From Protoeuglena noctilucae (taxonomy: Eukaryota): DNA of 64,000 bases. The stretch lies in the NCBI GenBank assembly GCA_958009085.1, contig OY253671.1, positions 1,426,001 to 1,490,000 on the forward strand, read 5' to 3'. Positions 1 to 12,500 of the stretch are shown piece after piece; the stretch's first letter is position 1, and each line of letters opens with the position of its first letter. Below the pieces are notes generated by a model. It was not told the DNA's origin and searched no databases. It saw only the letters and a program-made list of their open reading frames with translations. Both the position numbers and the translations under genes were made by a program.

Positions 1-382
1 TCCACATCTGGGGCCCCAAGTTTGTCGAGACCCGTCTCAAGTGGCGCAAGACGCAGCCCGTCACGGTTATGGAGCTTCGGGCCTACCGGCTGCGGGAGCC
101 CATGGTGCTGCCCAGGCGAGAGGAGTACGCAGGATGCTTCAGGCAAGCCGGGCTGCTAGGCACGAGCGCTGCCCAACGCTCGAGCGGGCGCCGAGCTCAC
201 ACGGCCCTGCCCGCAGCTGGGTGGAGCCCGTGTCGCAGAGGCTAGACGACGGGCTGATGCCCCTCCGCGCTACGTCGACGCCCGCAATCGCCAACGGGGA
301 ATTCGCCGGCCGGCAGCGCCGTCTCCGGGACGTGCTGGAGGCGGTCCCCTTCACCGAGCTGCTCTACGACGGGCTGCAGTAG
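1..382 (+). CDS. 3' end of DUF1802-family protein (partial, 2 exons visible)
   Basis: Spliced read HIWGPKFVETRLKWRKTQPVTVMELRAYRLREPMVLPRREEYAGCFS|WVEP...LYDGLQ*, using GC-AG intron 143-216. The HIW..RL.W....LRAYRL..P.....Y.GC.SWV pattern resembles DUF1802 (recognised from memory). Confidence 0.65.
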   Translation, partial: PHLGPQVCRDPSQVAQDAARHGYGASGLPAAGAHGAAQARGVRRMLQASRAARHERCPTLERAPSSHGPARSWVEPVSQRLDDGLMPLRATSTPAIANGEFAGRQRRLRDVLEAVPFTELLYDGLQ

Positions 383-479
383 CCCGGCAGCAATGGCTGC
401 CATGTGCAGAGACGAGCAGAGTCCACCCCTACCGTAAGCGCGGGGGCCGTATCCGTGCGCAGAGTAGTGCCTGCCCGCG

Positions 480-864
480 CTAGTCTGACCCCCGCATGCC
501 GTTAATCTCGCTCTCCAGCGCCATGGTGGCTCTCTTCTCCGTTATTAGCGCCGACTCTAGCTGGCGTATCCTGGACTTGAGGTCGTGCCGCTTCCGGTGC
601 TTTGCTTCCATGTCCTGGGTGGCATGCGGGGCGAGGGCGGCGGTCAGTCTCACGGGCTGTATCGGGCACTCGCAGCTCTGCTCCCCGTCGCAACCATTCG
701 CATGGTCCGACCTTCTTCATCCCCTCCAGCTTCTGCGTGGCAAGGTCCAGCATCTTCTCCTCCGAGTGGAAGATGCGCTCCTTGGTCTGAGGACCCACGT
801 CCTCCAGCTTGCGATCCCTGCGCGGTGGTTCGGCCGGGCGACGGTCGACGACATGGCGCGACAT
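480..864 (-). CDS. Small (95 aa) coiled-coil protein of unknown function, 2 coding exons
   Basis: Exons 864-712 (MSRHVVDRRPAEPP...QKLEGMKK) and 614-480 (DMEAKHRKRHDLKSRIRQLESALITEKRATMALESEINGMRGSD*), joined in frame by GT-AG intron 711-615. Confidence 0.6.
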
Positions 865-1393
865 GCCAGTTGGCCATGGCAACTGCTAACGCCGCCCGCG
901 AGAGCGGCGCAGAACTAACTCAGGCCCTCAATTTTTTGTAACTCGTGTGAAACTCGCGGCGTCACCTGGCCGGGCCGCGGAGACCCGGGAGCTTCCCCTT
1001 GGCCCGCATCGCGTTTAGGAACTCATTCTTTACCCATGAGTCCCAGACGGGGTTCGCCTCCCCCCTCCCCATCTGCCACTAAGACTGCTGATACCAGCGA
1101 TGGGCAGAACAGGAGAAGCCAAGGCGTTGTTGCCCTTGAACAGGTCACACCTGGGGACGACGGGCGAGCTACCCAGTTGCAGAATGTCGAAATGCCGCAC
1201 GATGACGCGACCGGAGACGCTCGTTTCAACGACGTTTGCGCTGACAGGTTTGCCCTAGCCGGAAAGCAGTGTCGCCGTCGAGGAGAGCCTCGAAGGGCCC
1301 GTTTGTCGCCACCGTTCCGCAATCGCGTAGCTGTTCTTACGGACCAGGCTTGAAAGGGACCAGCTGGACCGCAAGCTGCTAGGCCGCTCGGGA

Positions 1394-2712
1394 ATGGCGT
1401 CCGTGGCCCCGGTTGCGCGGCCGCTGGCTGCCCGGCCTGTCGTCCAGGCCACTTCTAGCCGGGCTCATCATGTGATTTGCATGGCGAACTCCAAGGTCAT
1501 GCAGGCAGAGGTGCGGGGCGGCCGGCTCGGATGTAGCCTCCCTGCGGCCTCGTGGGAGCGCGCCTCCTTGCAATCCCGAGATGCCAAGCTGTCGTACCGG
1601 CCTTTCTTCGACGCTTCTGCCTCACGTCCGCGTTCGGGCTGGGCGAGGGTCGGGTTTTCTCGCCTTGCTCGCTCGTCTGGCTGCCCCTCCTCTGGCTCGA
1701 CAAGGCGATTGACCATGTCGGTGTCTATCGGTGTCGGGCGTGCGGTTCTCGCGCGAGGAGCGGCCCGCGTCGGCGTCCGGCCGCTGCTGGATAGAGGCAG
1801 GCCCCTTGCGAGGCCTGGCGACGCCGGGGATGCGCCTCATACAATGAACTCGTTCTTGGGATCCTTATCGAACGGGTGGGACCACCGACGAGCCTCCGCG
1901 GCCGCTCCTCGCGCGCGCAGGTGGAGGTGCGGCCGGGCGAGCCCTTCGATGCGGCCATGCGCCGCTTCCGCCGGAAGGTGACGAACGCGGGGGTCATCAA
2001 CGAGGTCAAGAGGCGGAGGACGTTTGAGAACTCGCAGGACATCAAGAAGCGGAAGGAGAAGGAGCGGCACCTGAAGAACAAGCGCCGGTGCGGCGCGCTG
2101 CGCCCGTCGTTATGCGCCGTCTCCGAGGCCCAGCATGTCCTTGTCCGCCGCCTGTTCCGCCCAGCGTGATCTCTCTGGCCTTGACGCGCGGCCCTCTCTT
2201 CGCTGCAGGGGCTACGTCCCCACCCTCGACGACGCGGCCCCGCTGGTCCAGGCGCCTCCCTTCTCGGACATGTTTGGCTTCGACGGGGCGTCCGTGCTCA
2301 ACACGAGCCGCTCGAGCCCCTCGAAGGTCCAGCAGGCCGTGACGGTGTCCGCGGCGGACGTGGGCAAGATCCTGGGGTTCCGCGGGGCGACACAGCAGGC
2401 CATGGAGGCGCGCACCGGGGCGCACATCTTCGTCCAGGTAGGTCGCATATCTGTGGGGGTGTGAGAGCACGTGAGCTGGGAGTGACACACAGTGGTTGAG
2501 CAGGGCTGATGCGGGATGCCCCGTGTTTGCAGCGCGTGGAGGGGACGGAGACGGATCAGATTGTGGTGGAGGGGGACGAGGAGAGCGTGCGCAAGGGGCT
2601 GGAGCTGGTGCAGGGGGTGCTGGAGAAGGGCGCAGAGGCGTTCGAGCTGCCCACGGGGCGCAACGCGGGTGGGCGCAAGGGGCCGGTCGCCAAGGAGGCC
2701 GTCGAGGCGTAG
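1394..2712 (+). CDS. PRPS21: Plastid-targeted ribosomal protein bS21 with C-terminal KH domain
   Basis: Exons 1394-1510, 1921-2087, 2209-2437, 2533-2712, all in frame. Transit peptide MASVAPVARPLAARPVV; S21 core VEVRPGEPFDAAMRRFRRKVTNAGVINEVKRRRTFEN; KH motif VSAADVGKILGFRGATQQAMEARTGAHIFV...IVVEGDEESVRKGLELVQGVL. Confidence 0.85.
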
Positions 2713-3247
2713 AGGGCGCAGGGTCCGGGACGTTTTAATGGGCCGTGTCGCGAGTGTCTTGAAAACGTGCTAACCCTACCAGCTGCGGCAGCATGTAGTA
2801 GCGGAAGAGGAGGCGCACTCCGCAGCGCGCTTGCGTGGCTACTCCCGCACTGCACTAGCGGTGACGCCGTGAAAAGCTTGCCGCGCTTCAGCCCGCCACA
2901 CATTGCCACAGCTGGCCCGCCACATTGCCCACGAGCAGCTTGTCGACACGCCAGAGTGGGCCAGGTCCGCCGGTTTCCCTCCGCGGTTGACCTGACTCAC
3001 CCCACTCCCGAAACCGCAATCGGCGCGCGGCTTGGCAGGTCGGACCAGAGTGCGGGTCCCGGCCGCGAGCGCAGAGGCGGCGGAGTGCCACGAGATAATT
3101 CAAATTTTGGCGCGCAGCGAGAGGGCTGGCCGGGGTCACAGCAGGCCAGCCGCGTGCTTTTGTCGTGAGGTTCCTTCCGGGCATCCGTCGAGAGCCTGAC
3201 GGCCCAGAGCCCGGCGGCGCGGTGGAGCAGGGGGACTCGCGACGGGC

Positions 3248-6200
3248 ATGGCCATGGCGGACCCGCCCGGGTGGGAGCACATGGAAGACTTGGCGGGGGA
3301 CGAGAACTTTATCACCCTTGGCTCGATGAGGGCATCTCAGGTGCGAATCGCCGGTCGCGGGCGCGAGGGGCCCCAGCGTTTCGAGAGCCCGCTCGTCAGG
3401 CGTCAGCCGCTTGCGCAAGCCACCGCCACGCCTTTTCCGTGTGGTTTCATGACGCATGCACTGCTTGATGTATGCTGATTGCACAACGGAGCTGTTTGCA
3501 GGAGACGCGGGCGTCCATCGACCTGCCGCTGGCAGAGGGCTCCCGTGCTCGCCCAGACGCCACCCGGATGGCCGCAGAGCTTACGCGACTGGCCGAGGAG
3601 TGGGAGACGGGCCTCGCAGAGGACAGCCTGGACGGCCATGACGCTCCCGACGCGAGGGAGGAGCGCATCGCCGACGATGGGCCCCAGGAGGACCTCTCCG
3701 AGCCTGTGGTCGGCCCTAGCCCGGACCGGGAGCCGGCCCCGGGGTATCCACCGCCCCGCGGAGCCGCGAGGCTCCTGGTGCGGGACGCGGCCGTCGGCTC
3801 GGGCGCCGTGCCCCCGCGTGCCCTCACGCGCGACGTCGCGGCCGGCTCGGGGCGCGTGGACTGGCCCCGTGCGGGCGCCTCGGCCAGCCCCGGGGAGTCC
3901 TCTGCGTCGTCCGGTGCCGCGCCCGAGTCCCTTCGGTGAGCTGCCCGCGCTGGCCGGCGTCGCCTCACGTGCTCAAGTGGCGCCCTGGCTGCGCTCTAGC
4001 CCGGCCATTCCGCCTCTCCCCGCAGCGCCGGCATCCCAGGCACGGGGTCAGGCGCACACGTCGAAGAGCCCGCCCCGCGCCCCGCCCCTCGCCCCTGGAG
4101 CAACCTGGAAGCGGCCGAGTCCCTCCTGGCCCAGCTGCGGGCGGTGCCTGGGAGCATCCCTGAGCACCCGGCGGACTCGTCGCGGGAGGAGGCCGAGGCT
4201 GACTCGTGGACGGACAGCCGCGGAGCAGACGCTGGTGCCGCGTCGGGGTCGTCAGGGTCGTCCGGGGCACCCAGCGGGGAGCCCGCGATGTCCTCGTCGC
4301 CCTCCGCCTCGGCGTCCGCGTCCGCGCAGAGCTTCCCGAGCGACGTGGCCCAAACGCTCGCCAGCGTCGGCGTGGAGCTCCCGGGGCTGCGCCGGGCCAT
4401 GCGGGGGCCGCCGGAGGAGGCGCGCGTGGTGCAGGAGCTCCCACGGTGGGGGGCGCGCACATGAGACTCGCTCGCTGCTCGCGCGCGCTGCGGTCGGTGT
4501 TCGCGCGACGGATGTTCATCCTCCCTGTCCGCCTCTCCAGGTCCTTCCATGCCGCCTCGCAACAGGTGCGGGAAGACCTCTCCTCGGCCAGGCGCCAGGT
4601 CCTGGCCGTCCTGCACTCCCAGCCCGCGCCCATCCGCACTCCCGGTCTGTCGGCCTCCACCGGGAAGTACCCCGCCGTGGCGAACCCCTTGCACCCCACC
4701 GGCGGCCTTCCCGTCCCGCCCGCCCCGCCCTTGCGGGACCACCCCCGCGCCCCCGCCTTCGCGGCCGAGCTCGACGACATCCGCCAGTACCTGGATCAGA
4801 TGAAGGCCAAGCACGTGCTGCCAGGGAGGGGCGGGCCCCATGCCGAGGCGGGCGCAGGGACCGCAGCGGACGCCGCCGCGCAGCTGGCAGCGGTGCTGGC
4901 GGGACTGGAGCGACCGGGGTCGGGGAGGGCGCTGGAGACGGCACCCGCACCCAGGGTGCCCGGGGACGCGGATTCTGGGGCCGCGCCGGCCGAGGGCGGC
5001 GCGCTGACCGAGAAGTCCGCCCAGCAGCGGGCGCCGCTGTATGGCCTGCCGGGTCCCGCCGCGACGGCGCCCGGCCGCACGTCGCACTACCCGCCCGTGC
5101 ACGCCGCCTGGGACGAGGCGCGGGAGACCATCGCGGGGATGGGGGTGGCGTCCGCCGCCCTGCGGGTGTCGGCAGCTGCCCACAGCGCGGCCGGCGCATC
5201 GGGGTCGGACGCCGCGGCCGGCGGGAAGGGCGCAGTTGCCTCGTCAACCCCACAGGCTCCTGGGGCTGCCGCAAACGACGCGGCGGGCGTTTGGGCGCCG
5301 GATGCTGGCGCGGGCCCCACGTTGCAGGGCAGCCACCCCACGCCGCCCTCAGCGAGCCCCCCTCCCTCAGCCCGGTCGACGGCGCTGGCCGCCCTCCCCG
5401 AGCACCCCAGCGACGCGTCCCCGGGCCGAGCACTGCCAGGCCCAGAGGAGGAGGGCGCGGCCCCCTCGCTGCCCGCCGCTGCACCCCCCAGCACGACCCC
5501 GGGGGCCGTGCCCGCCGAGGCAGAGTCGGGTCGCTGGGGCCGGCTGAGCCGCATGCTCCGCGACAATGGATTCGCGGGGGTTTCGGCTGGCGGCGACGCT
5601 CCCGGCAGCGAGCAGCTGGCCGACGCGTTGGAGAGGTGAGCACCGTTGTCTGGGCACGGCATCGCAGCAAGCGTGATTCCTGTGCCGGCCTGCCCGTGCG
5701 AACCCCCCCCGCGTGTCCTGACGCGCAGAGTCGTGGCCGAGTACGCCAAGCGCAGCCGTCTGGTGTCTGACCTGACCAAGGCGGCGCAGATGGCTGCGGC
5801 ACGGGAGCAGCAGCGGGAGGCGATGCTCCGGGAGGCGGTGGAGTCGGCCGACAGGCGAGGAGCATGGGTGGTGCTGCACATGCAGCGGCGTGACTTTGAT
5901 CAAGGCCGCAGAGCTCGAGCCCGGGCCGTTCCCTGTCGCAGAGCCCGCAAAGAGGCGCGTCGGGCGCGGGCGGCGCAGGACGTGGGCCGCGACCGGCAGC
6001 AGACGGACACGGTGGAGGCGGCGCGAAAGGCCGAGGCTGCGGAGCGGGGCACCAAGAAGCTCCGGTTCAAGATCGACACCCTGGAAAGGGCCCTGCGCCA
6101 GAGGCGAGCGGTGCCGCGGCGGGCCCCGGACTAGAGACCGTGCCGATGGCCGGGGCTTATGCTGTCGGCGTTGCCTTGCGGCGCAGGGACGCGGATATGG

Positions 6201-9176
6201 ACCGCCTGAAGGAGCACTTGGCGGAGCGCGTGCAGCGGGAGGAGCGCCGGCAGCAGAGGGACAAGGAGGTGTACGAGCGCCTCAAGCGCGCCCACGCAGC
6301 GTTGCGCGCGGACCGCACGGGGTCGTCGCGGTCCCCGTCGGGGTCGGCGGGGGCGGTGGCGGCTGCGACGCGCGAGCTGCGGCCCGTGGAGATCGTGGGC
6401 ATCTACGAGGCGCAGCGAGACGCGATGGAGCAGGAGCTGGAGGTGAGCGGAGACAGAGTGGCAGTGGCGAGGGGTATGGTGGAGGGGAGGCAAGCTGGTA
6501 TGTCGGGAATGCCTCGTGGATGCTGCCGAGGAGCCGCAAGTGCCACCGTCCGACCTGACACCTGACACCTCCGCACCTGCGTGCCAGACGCTGCGGCGGG
6601 AGAACCGCTCCCTCGCGGAGCAGGTCGCGGACGCGGATGGGCTGCTGGCCAAGCTGCGGCGGCGGCAGCGGGGCGCCCGGGTCACGCGGGGCGAGGGCGC
6701 GGGGACCGCGGCGGACGAGTCGTGGGGGAGGTCGGCTTTGGACGACTCCGGCCTCACCGCGGAGGACGTGGAGGTGGTGGGGCGCGCGCACGAAGCGGAC
6801 CGGCGAGCGGGGGAGCTCGCGAGGGAGGTGCAGGAGGAGAGGGCGCGGGTGCAGGCGAGCGGGCGCCTGGGCACAGCAAAGGGGTGCTGGGGCGGCATGC
6901 CAGGGGTGGCCCCACCGTTCCACCGCCCGTCCGCGTGCCTGCCCGCAGGACTTGAAGCGGGAGCTGGCCCGCCGCGTGGCCGAGGCGGAGGCGCGCGCGG
7001 AGCGGCTGGCGGAGGAGAACGCGTCGCTGATCCTGGAGCTCGAGTCCCGGCCACTGCTGCAGGAGCTCAAGAGCGCCAAGCGGCAGGTGGACATCCTGGC
7101 CGCGCAGCTGCAGCGTGCGAGGGGGGGCGGCGCGGAGCCGGGCGCGGAAGCCGAGGCAGCGGCGGCGGCGGAGGCGGGGCGGGGGCGGTTTGGCCGGGAG
7201 GCGGCAGCGGCGCTGGGGACGCGGGAGGCCGTCAATCGCGACCGCATGGTACACAAGCTCGGCCTGTCTGTGGTCGCCAAGATGCACAAGTGAGCCGACA
7301 AACACTCGCGGAAGGCCAGCAACCTTCCCTTGCCGCGTGAGCCCCCGAGCCCTCCGCGGCCACGGCTTCTGTCGCCCGCAGGGATGTCCTCGTGGAGCTG
7401 GTCCAAGACCTGTGCATCGCCCTCGAGGTGGGCGACCCCACTGTGCTGCCCGCGTCCCTGGCCCGCCTCGACCGCGCCGCTCGCGACGTGCCGCCGCTGA
7501 CGCGCTTCCTCGACGAGGTCTGCGACGTGGCGCTGAACGTCGGCGAGCGCTTCCTGCCGCCGGGCTTCCACCGAGGCAACCGCAACGGCGTGCCCGGTGA
7601 GCAGCGCGGGCCGAAGGCGTCCATGGGCCGACCCCCGGGCTCCCGCTGAGCGCATCTCCTTGCATGGCCCCGCAGAGGTGCTCCGCGCGTGGGTGGCGGA
7701 CCTGGAGGAGCTGCACGAGCGCCGGGCGGCCATGGCGCGGATGGCAGAGTGCCTGGCCACGCGCCCGACGGCCCCGCCGCTGATGCGCTCGCCCGGGGAC
7801 GTGGTGCGGCAGGTGGAGGACGTGGTTAAGTGCGAGAAGAGCCTCCTGGGGTGAGCGAACGGAGGGAGTCCGCGGACCGCGCCTCGGCCCGCCGAGAGTT
7901 CTTGACAGCCATCCTCGCGGCCGTGCGTGTGCAGGGCCCAGGAGACGCTGCGGGCCGCAGAGAGTCTCCTGAGAGCGGACCCGGAAGCCCTCCTCTCGCG
8001 CATCGTGGGGCATTTCATGCATCTTTTCGACGTGAAGAGGCTGGAGGGGGTCCTGCCGGGGATGAACCAGGTGCATACTTGGGGGGACGGGCACCGGCGC
8101 AGGGCGGGTCTACGGCCTCGTTTGCACGGGCTCACGGGCCGCGTCGCTGCAGGTCTACGTGTCGTGGGAGGAGGCCCGCAACGCGATTCGCAGCCTGGGC
8201 GCCCTCCTGGGCATGGGGCCGGAGGCCTCAGCACAGCACGTGGGGATGGAGGTGGAGCGCCTGCTGCGGCTGGCGGGGGAGGACCCGGAGGCGCTGCGGG
8301 CCCGGAGCGCGGCGCTGCACGACGACTACAAGGCGAGGGGCGCTGGCCGTGGATGTTGCGGCGACGGCATTGCGGGTCGCCGCGTGACCCGCCCTGCCGA
8401 GCCTCCGCAGAGAGCGCGGATTCCCCGGGCCGAGGGACCTGCGCGGCGTGGCGTCCGTGGCGAGCCCGCCTTCGTGGGCGTGGTGTTGCGCGACGGGGAC
8501 GTGATCTGGGAGGAGAAGGGCGCGGACGTGGTGCCCATGGACCGAGTCCCGGGCCTCAGTGCCGCCCGGCGTGGTCAAGGCGCGGGCGGGCCAATGGCAT
8601 GGACCGAGGAGACGCCGCAGTCGGACACGAGCTCGGACGCCATCCCGGGCCCAGTGGCCGCGTCGGCTCTGGACGAGGAGGGCGAGGCGGGCGTGGACGA
8701 CAGCCCCCAGGGCCGGGGCCGGCGGGTACGCGCGCCGCGGGCGGAGGACGCTCACGACGAGGCGCTCAAGGAGAGCGTCGGGGCGCTGCGGGAGCTGCAG
8801 GGGCTCTTCGGGGCAAACAGGTGCGGTGGAAGTGACCTGGTATGGTGCTTCAGCCAGCGCTGTCCTGGCAGGATGAGAGCGCCCTGACCCTCCAGAACCG
8901 TCGCACGCAGCGTCCAAGGGTTGTTGATGCATGCCAGGAGAGCCGCAGAGCGTCTGAAGCGCCTGGACGGCCTCGTGCCCAGGTGGGTGGCTGGGAGCAC
9001 GTTGCCCACCCGCTGCACGTGCTGTGCTGCCACCGTCACCGCTCAGGCAGGGCCCGTGCTTTCTACGCAGGTACTCTAAGGCGACGACGCGATTGATGGA
9101 GGTGCTGAGGGTAAGGGAGATTGAAGAAATCGTCCCCGCGGTGGAGCGGCTTGTGGGTGCCCTCCGCAGCCCCTAG
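3248..9176 (+). CDS. CEP70: Centrosomal/basal-body protein CEP70-like, with long low-complexity N-terminus (about 15 exons)
   Basis: WGRLSRMLRDNGF motif, long coiled coils (QREERRQQRDKEVYERL, ENASLILELESRP), HFMHLFDVKRLEGVLPGMNQVYVSWEEARNAIRSLGALLG, and terminal LMEVLRVREIEEIVPAVERL*. Start codon and N-terminal exons are less certain. Confidence 0.7.
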
Positions 9177-9580
9177 AATGGGATGGCTGGCGCGTGGGAC
9201 CGTCTAAACCGTTTGCCCGACTAATAAGACGACTTGTTTTGCTAAACTTGCCTATGCGTGATCGCGGCTAGGGCTTAAAAGCAAGTGACAGCGGCACATA
9301 CATGCTATCATGCGCGGACTCCGCATCACTGTGTTATCACTGCTGGCGTTCCTGCTCTCTTGGCCAGGTCCTTGGAGAGGCATCAGCCTGCGATTGGAAG
9401 AAATCACGTTTGCTCGCCGCGGCAGCGTATCCAGCGAGGGCCGCGTCCGTTGCGTTCGAGGATCCCTCTCCGTTATCGAACGTTGACGTACGAATATGCC
9501 CTGACGGGCCCGCGCGCAACCCGCGACGCGGAGCGTCCCCACGGCCTCCCTGGACTTAGTGCTCGTGTCCTCTCGCGGCC

Positions 9581-12500
9581 ATGAGCGCCCCAGGGGCCGC
9601 GGGATGGCACCCCGCGCTGGAGAAAATTATCCGTGCGTGGTCTCAGTCGGCCAACGAGGCGACAACGCTGGTGGTGAGCGTGCGAAGGGCTGGCCCTCTT
9701 GCGGACGCTCTCGCCCTCCTTTCTCGCCCTCCTGGCGTGCGCTTTCCCGCAAGTCGCTGCCATCGCATCTTTTCGTCCGCAGCAACAGAGCCGGTATGAC
9801 CGTCTGGGCAGCACCTACGAGATGGCGGCCAACTCACTGGCCGCGCTCAGCATGCGTCACCCTGCAGCCGTGATGGAGGCCATCGCCGCGTGGCGGCAGG
9901 GTGCGCAGGCGCGGATGCCGTCGGGGATCGACGACAAGCAGGCCCGTCTGGCCTTGGACTGGCTTTACTACGACGCGGCGCTTCGGTGAGCCGGCAGAGG
10001 GCCGGGGCGTGCTGGGCCGGCGGCCTCCTCGCCCGCGAGCGCCGCCTCTCTGGGTCTCGCCTCGCAGGCTGTGTCGGAAGTGGGACGGCAACGAGGAGCT
10101 GCGAAAAATTCTGTTCAACAGCAGCGGCACGAACAAGCAGCTGCTGTTCGACAGCCATATCGTGGCCCTCTGCCGCGACCCGTCCATGCCCGACCTGACA
10201 GTGCAGCGCGGAGAGCCCCGGCACTTGATGCACGGCGTCGCCTGCAAGTACGCCGAGCTCCTGGAGGCCGTGTCCGTGCAGGCCTTCTCCTATCTCGTCG
10301 ACGCCTTCCTCCTCTGCATGCGCATGCACTACCTGCGGTCCGACCGCGACCGCGACCGGCCCGAGCCTCTCCAAGCGCTGTGCGGCCTCATGACTCGCGT
10401 CCGACTTCCGCTGCGCACGGAGCGCGGCCTGCTCGAGGTCACTGCCTTCCTGCGGGCCCTCACCCGCGATGCGGACAGGAACGTGCCCTTCAACTTCCCT
10501 GGCCCCGACGAGAAGCGCACGCGTGCCGAGGCGAGTGGGCAGGAGTCGGCGAGCAGAGAGGTTCTCCGGGAGGGGGCGCTTTCACGATGGGCTTGGCCAG
10601 ATGCAGGGGCAGCACCCATTGGAGGAGCCGACCAAGCGCGTCCTCTACAACGATGCCACTGCCCACACATCCCCCAGCCCCCGCCGCCCTGTCCCGCAGG
10701 TGCAGCATGCGATGGCGCGCATGCTGACGCACGTGCTGAGTCAGGCCATCGGCGTGCCCCTGGCGGACCCCGACCCATCGACCCCGCCGGACCGCGCCTT
10801 GTCTGCGATGCGAGGGTGGCTGGAGCAGGTCAGCACCCTGCGCTTCGGCTTGCGCGCCTGGATGACGGGACCCAAGGGCCACAAGCACGTCCCCGACGCC
10901 GCGCCCCTCCACGCCGTTGTCACGTGCCTCTACCCCGGCTTCCCCGACCGATTCCTGGAGGACTCCTTCTGGCTCCTGGAGCACCTCCGGGCCTGCCTGT
11001 CGCGCTCTCGGCTTCTCCCAGAGAAGCTCGCCACCGTCCGCGCCCTCCACGCGCTCGTCCGCACCTTCTTTGCCCAGCACCTCCCTGCGGCTGGGGCGAA
11101 GACGGGCGCAGACTTCCTCAACCGCGTGTTCCGCCCCCGCTCCCGAGGGGAGGCCGGAGAGGGCCTCAACCTGTTCGACCTCCTCCGTCTGGGCGAGCTC
11201 ATGTCGACGGGGGACGATCTCCTCCGTCCTGTCCGTGCCATGCTGGCCCAGGCACTCGTGAAGCTCCCGGAGGCAGGGGCCGCGCTCTTCAAGTCCTTGC
11301 TGGCTCTGGAGGGCCCGGGGGCCGTGGACGCCAGGCGTCTGGCCGTGCAGATGCTCCGAGATGCGTGCATCTCAGGTGAGCGAAGGGCGAGAACAGAAGC
11401 CGGCGGCATCATCATGGCTGCGACTGCGCATCGAATGCTTCCGCAACTCTTTGCAGCCGGAGGAAGGCGGGAGCTCAACGGCCGTGACGGCATCAATGCC
11501 AACCTGCTTGATGTCGGCCGCGACGAGGTGGGTGTGGAAGGCCAATGTTTGGACTGTTTCGGAATCTCGCCGACGGCACATCCCTCCGCGTGCGTCTGCA
11601 CCCCGCAGGACATGGCGCTTCTGGCCGAGGGTGCCCTGCAGCGGCTGGTGCTGGGCCCGGATGTGAATGTGTTGACGGTAGTGGACGCGGTGGTGGCGCG
11701 GCAGGTGCTGGGGAGCCTTGCGTCTCTCCTGGACCTTTGCCTGGACAAGCTGAGTCCGACCAAGGGCCTTGTCGGAGGGGCCAAGATCGACACTTCGTTC
11801 AACCCCGTGCTGAGGCGAGGGTTGGGTTGCAGTGCGTTGATCACGCAGCGTCTGTGAACGCTGCGTTGCGTCATAATCCCAATTTACCTTGACGCCGTTG
11901 TCTTCTGCCCAGAGATCTCATGAGCGCCATCCCGTACGTGCCGCTCGCCTCCGACCCAGCCGCATTTGAGCGGCTGACGGAGCTGGTGGTGCATTCAGAC
12001 CCGGGGAACCCGTCACTGGAGCAGGAGATGCGCAGGCGAGTGTAGGCAGCCGTGCTTGCGGAGACAAACAGTAGCACTCTGTTCTACTTTGCGCTACATC
12101 CCCACATGCGGCCTTTGTCTATGCAGGGAGGCTCAGGACATGCTTCGCCGCATGGTGGTTCATCTGCCTACGCGCCGGAGGGCCGTGCTGGGCTTCCTTT
12201 GTCGAGTGCTGCTTGGTCGGGTGCAAGTGGTGGCGGCGGGGGGACGGAGGGTTTTGGGTGAGAGTGGTCAAGAAAGATACAGCAAGACGCTGCACGTTCC
12301 TGGGTGTGAGACCCGCCCCGTGCTTGTCCGTTCGCAGGAGAGGTCCTGGAGCTTGCAACCACTGCCCTGTCGCTTCTTGACTTGTGGAGCGCGTCGCCGG
12401 CCTCGGCCTCCATTGCGTCGGAAGAGCAAGTGGACGTCACCCACCTCGAGTCCACGGGGCTGGCCATGTTGGCAGTGCCAGTTCCAGCGGTGCGAGCGAA

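Noticed and set aside
925..945. AATTTTTTG, an Sm-site-like sequence suggesting an snRNA
   Set aside because: No U1/U2/U4/U5 conserved elements nearby; it lies in the 5' region of the small minus-strand gene.
1036..1353. 105-aa ORF just upstream of bS21 as a possible first cistron
   Set aside because: No introns, motifs or clear coding bias; it sits in a divergent promoter/UTR interval.
3479..8234. Very long Arg/Pro/Gly/Ala-rich ORFs in alternative frames and antisense (e.g. 3479-5770, 6282-8234, 28346-30085, 39074-41011, 60049-61899)
   Set aside because: Shadow ORFs expected in GC-rich DNA; they overlap well-supported spliced genes and carry no recognisable motifs.
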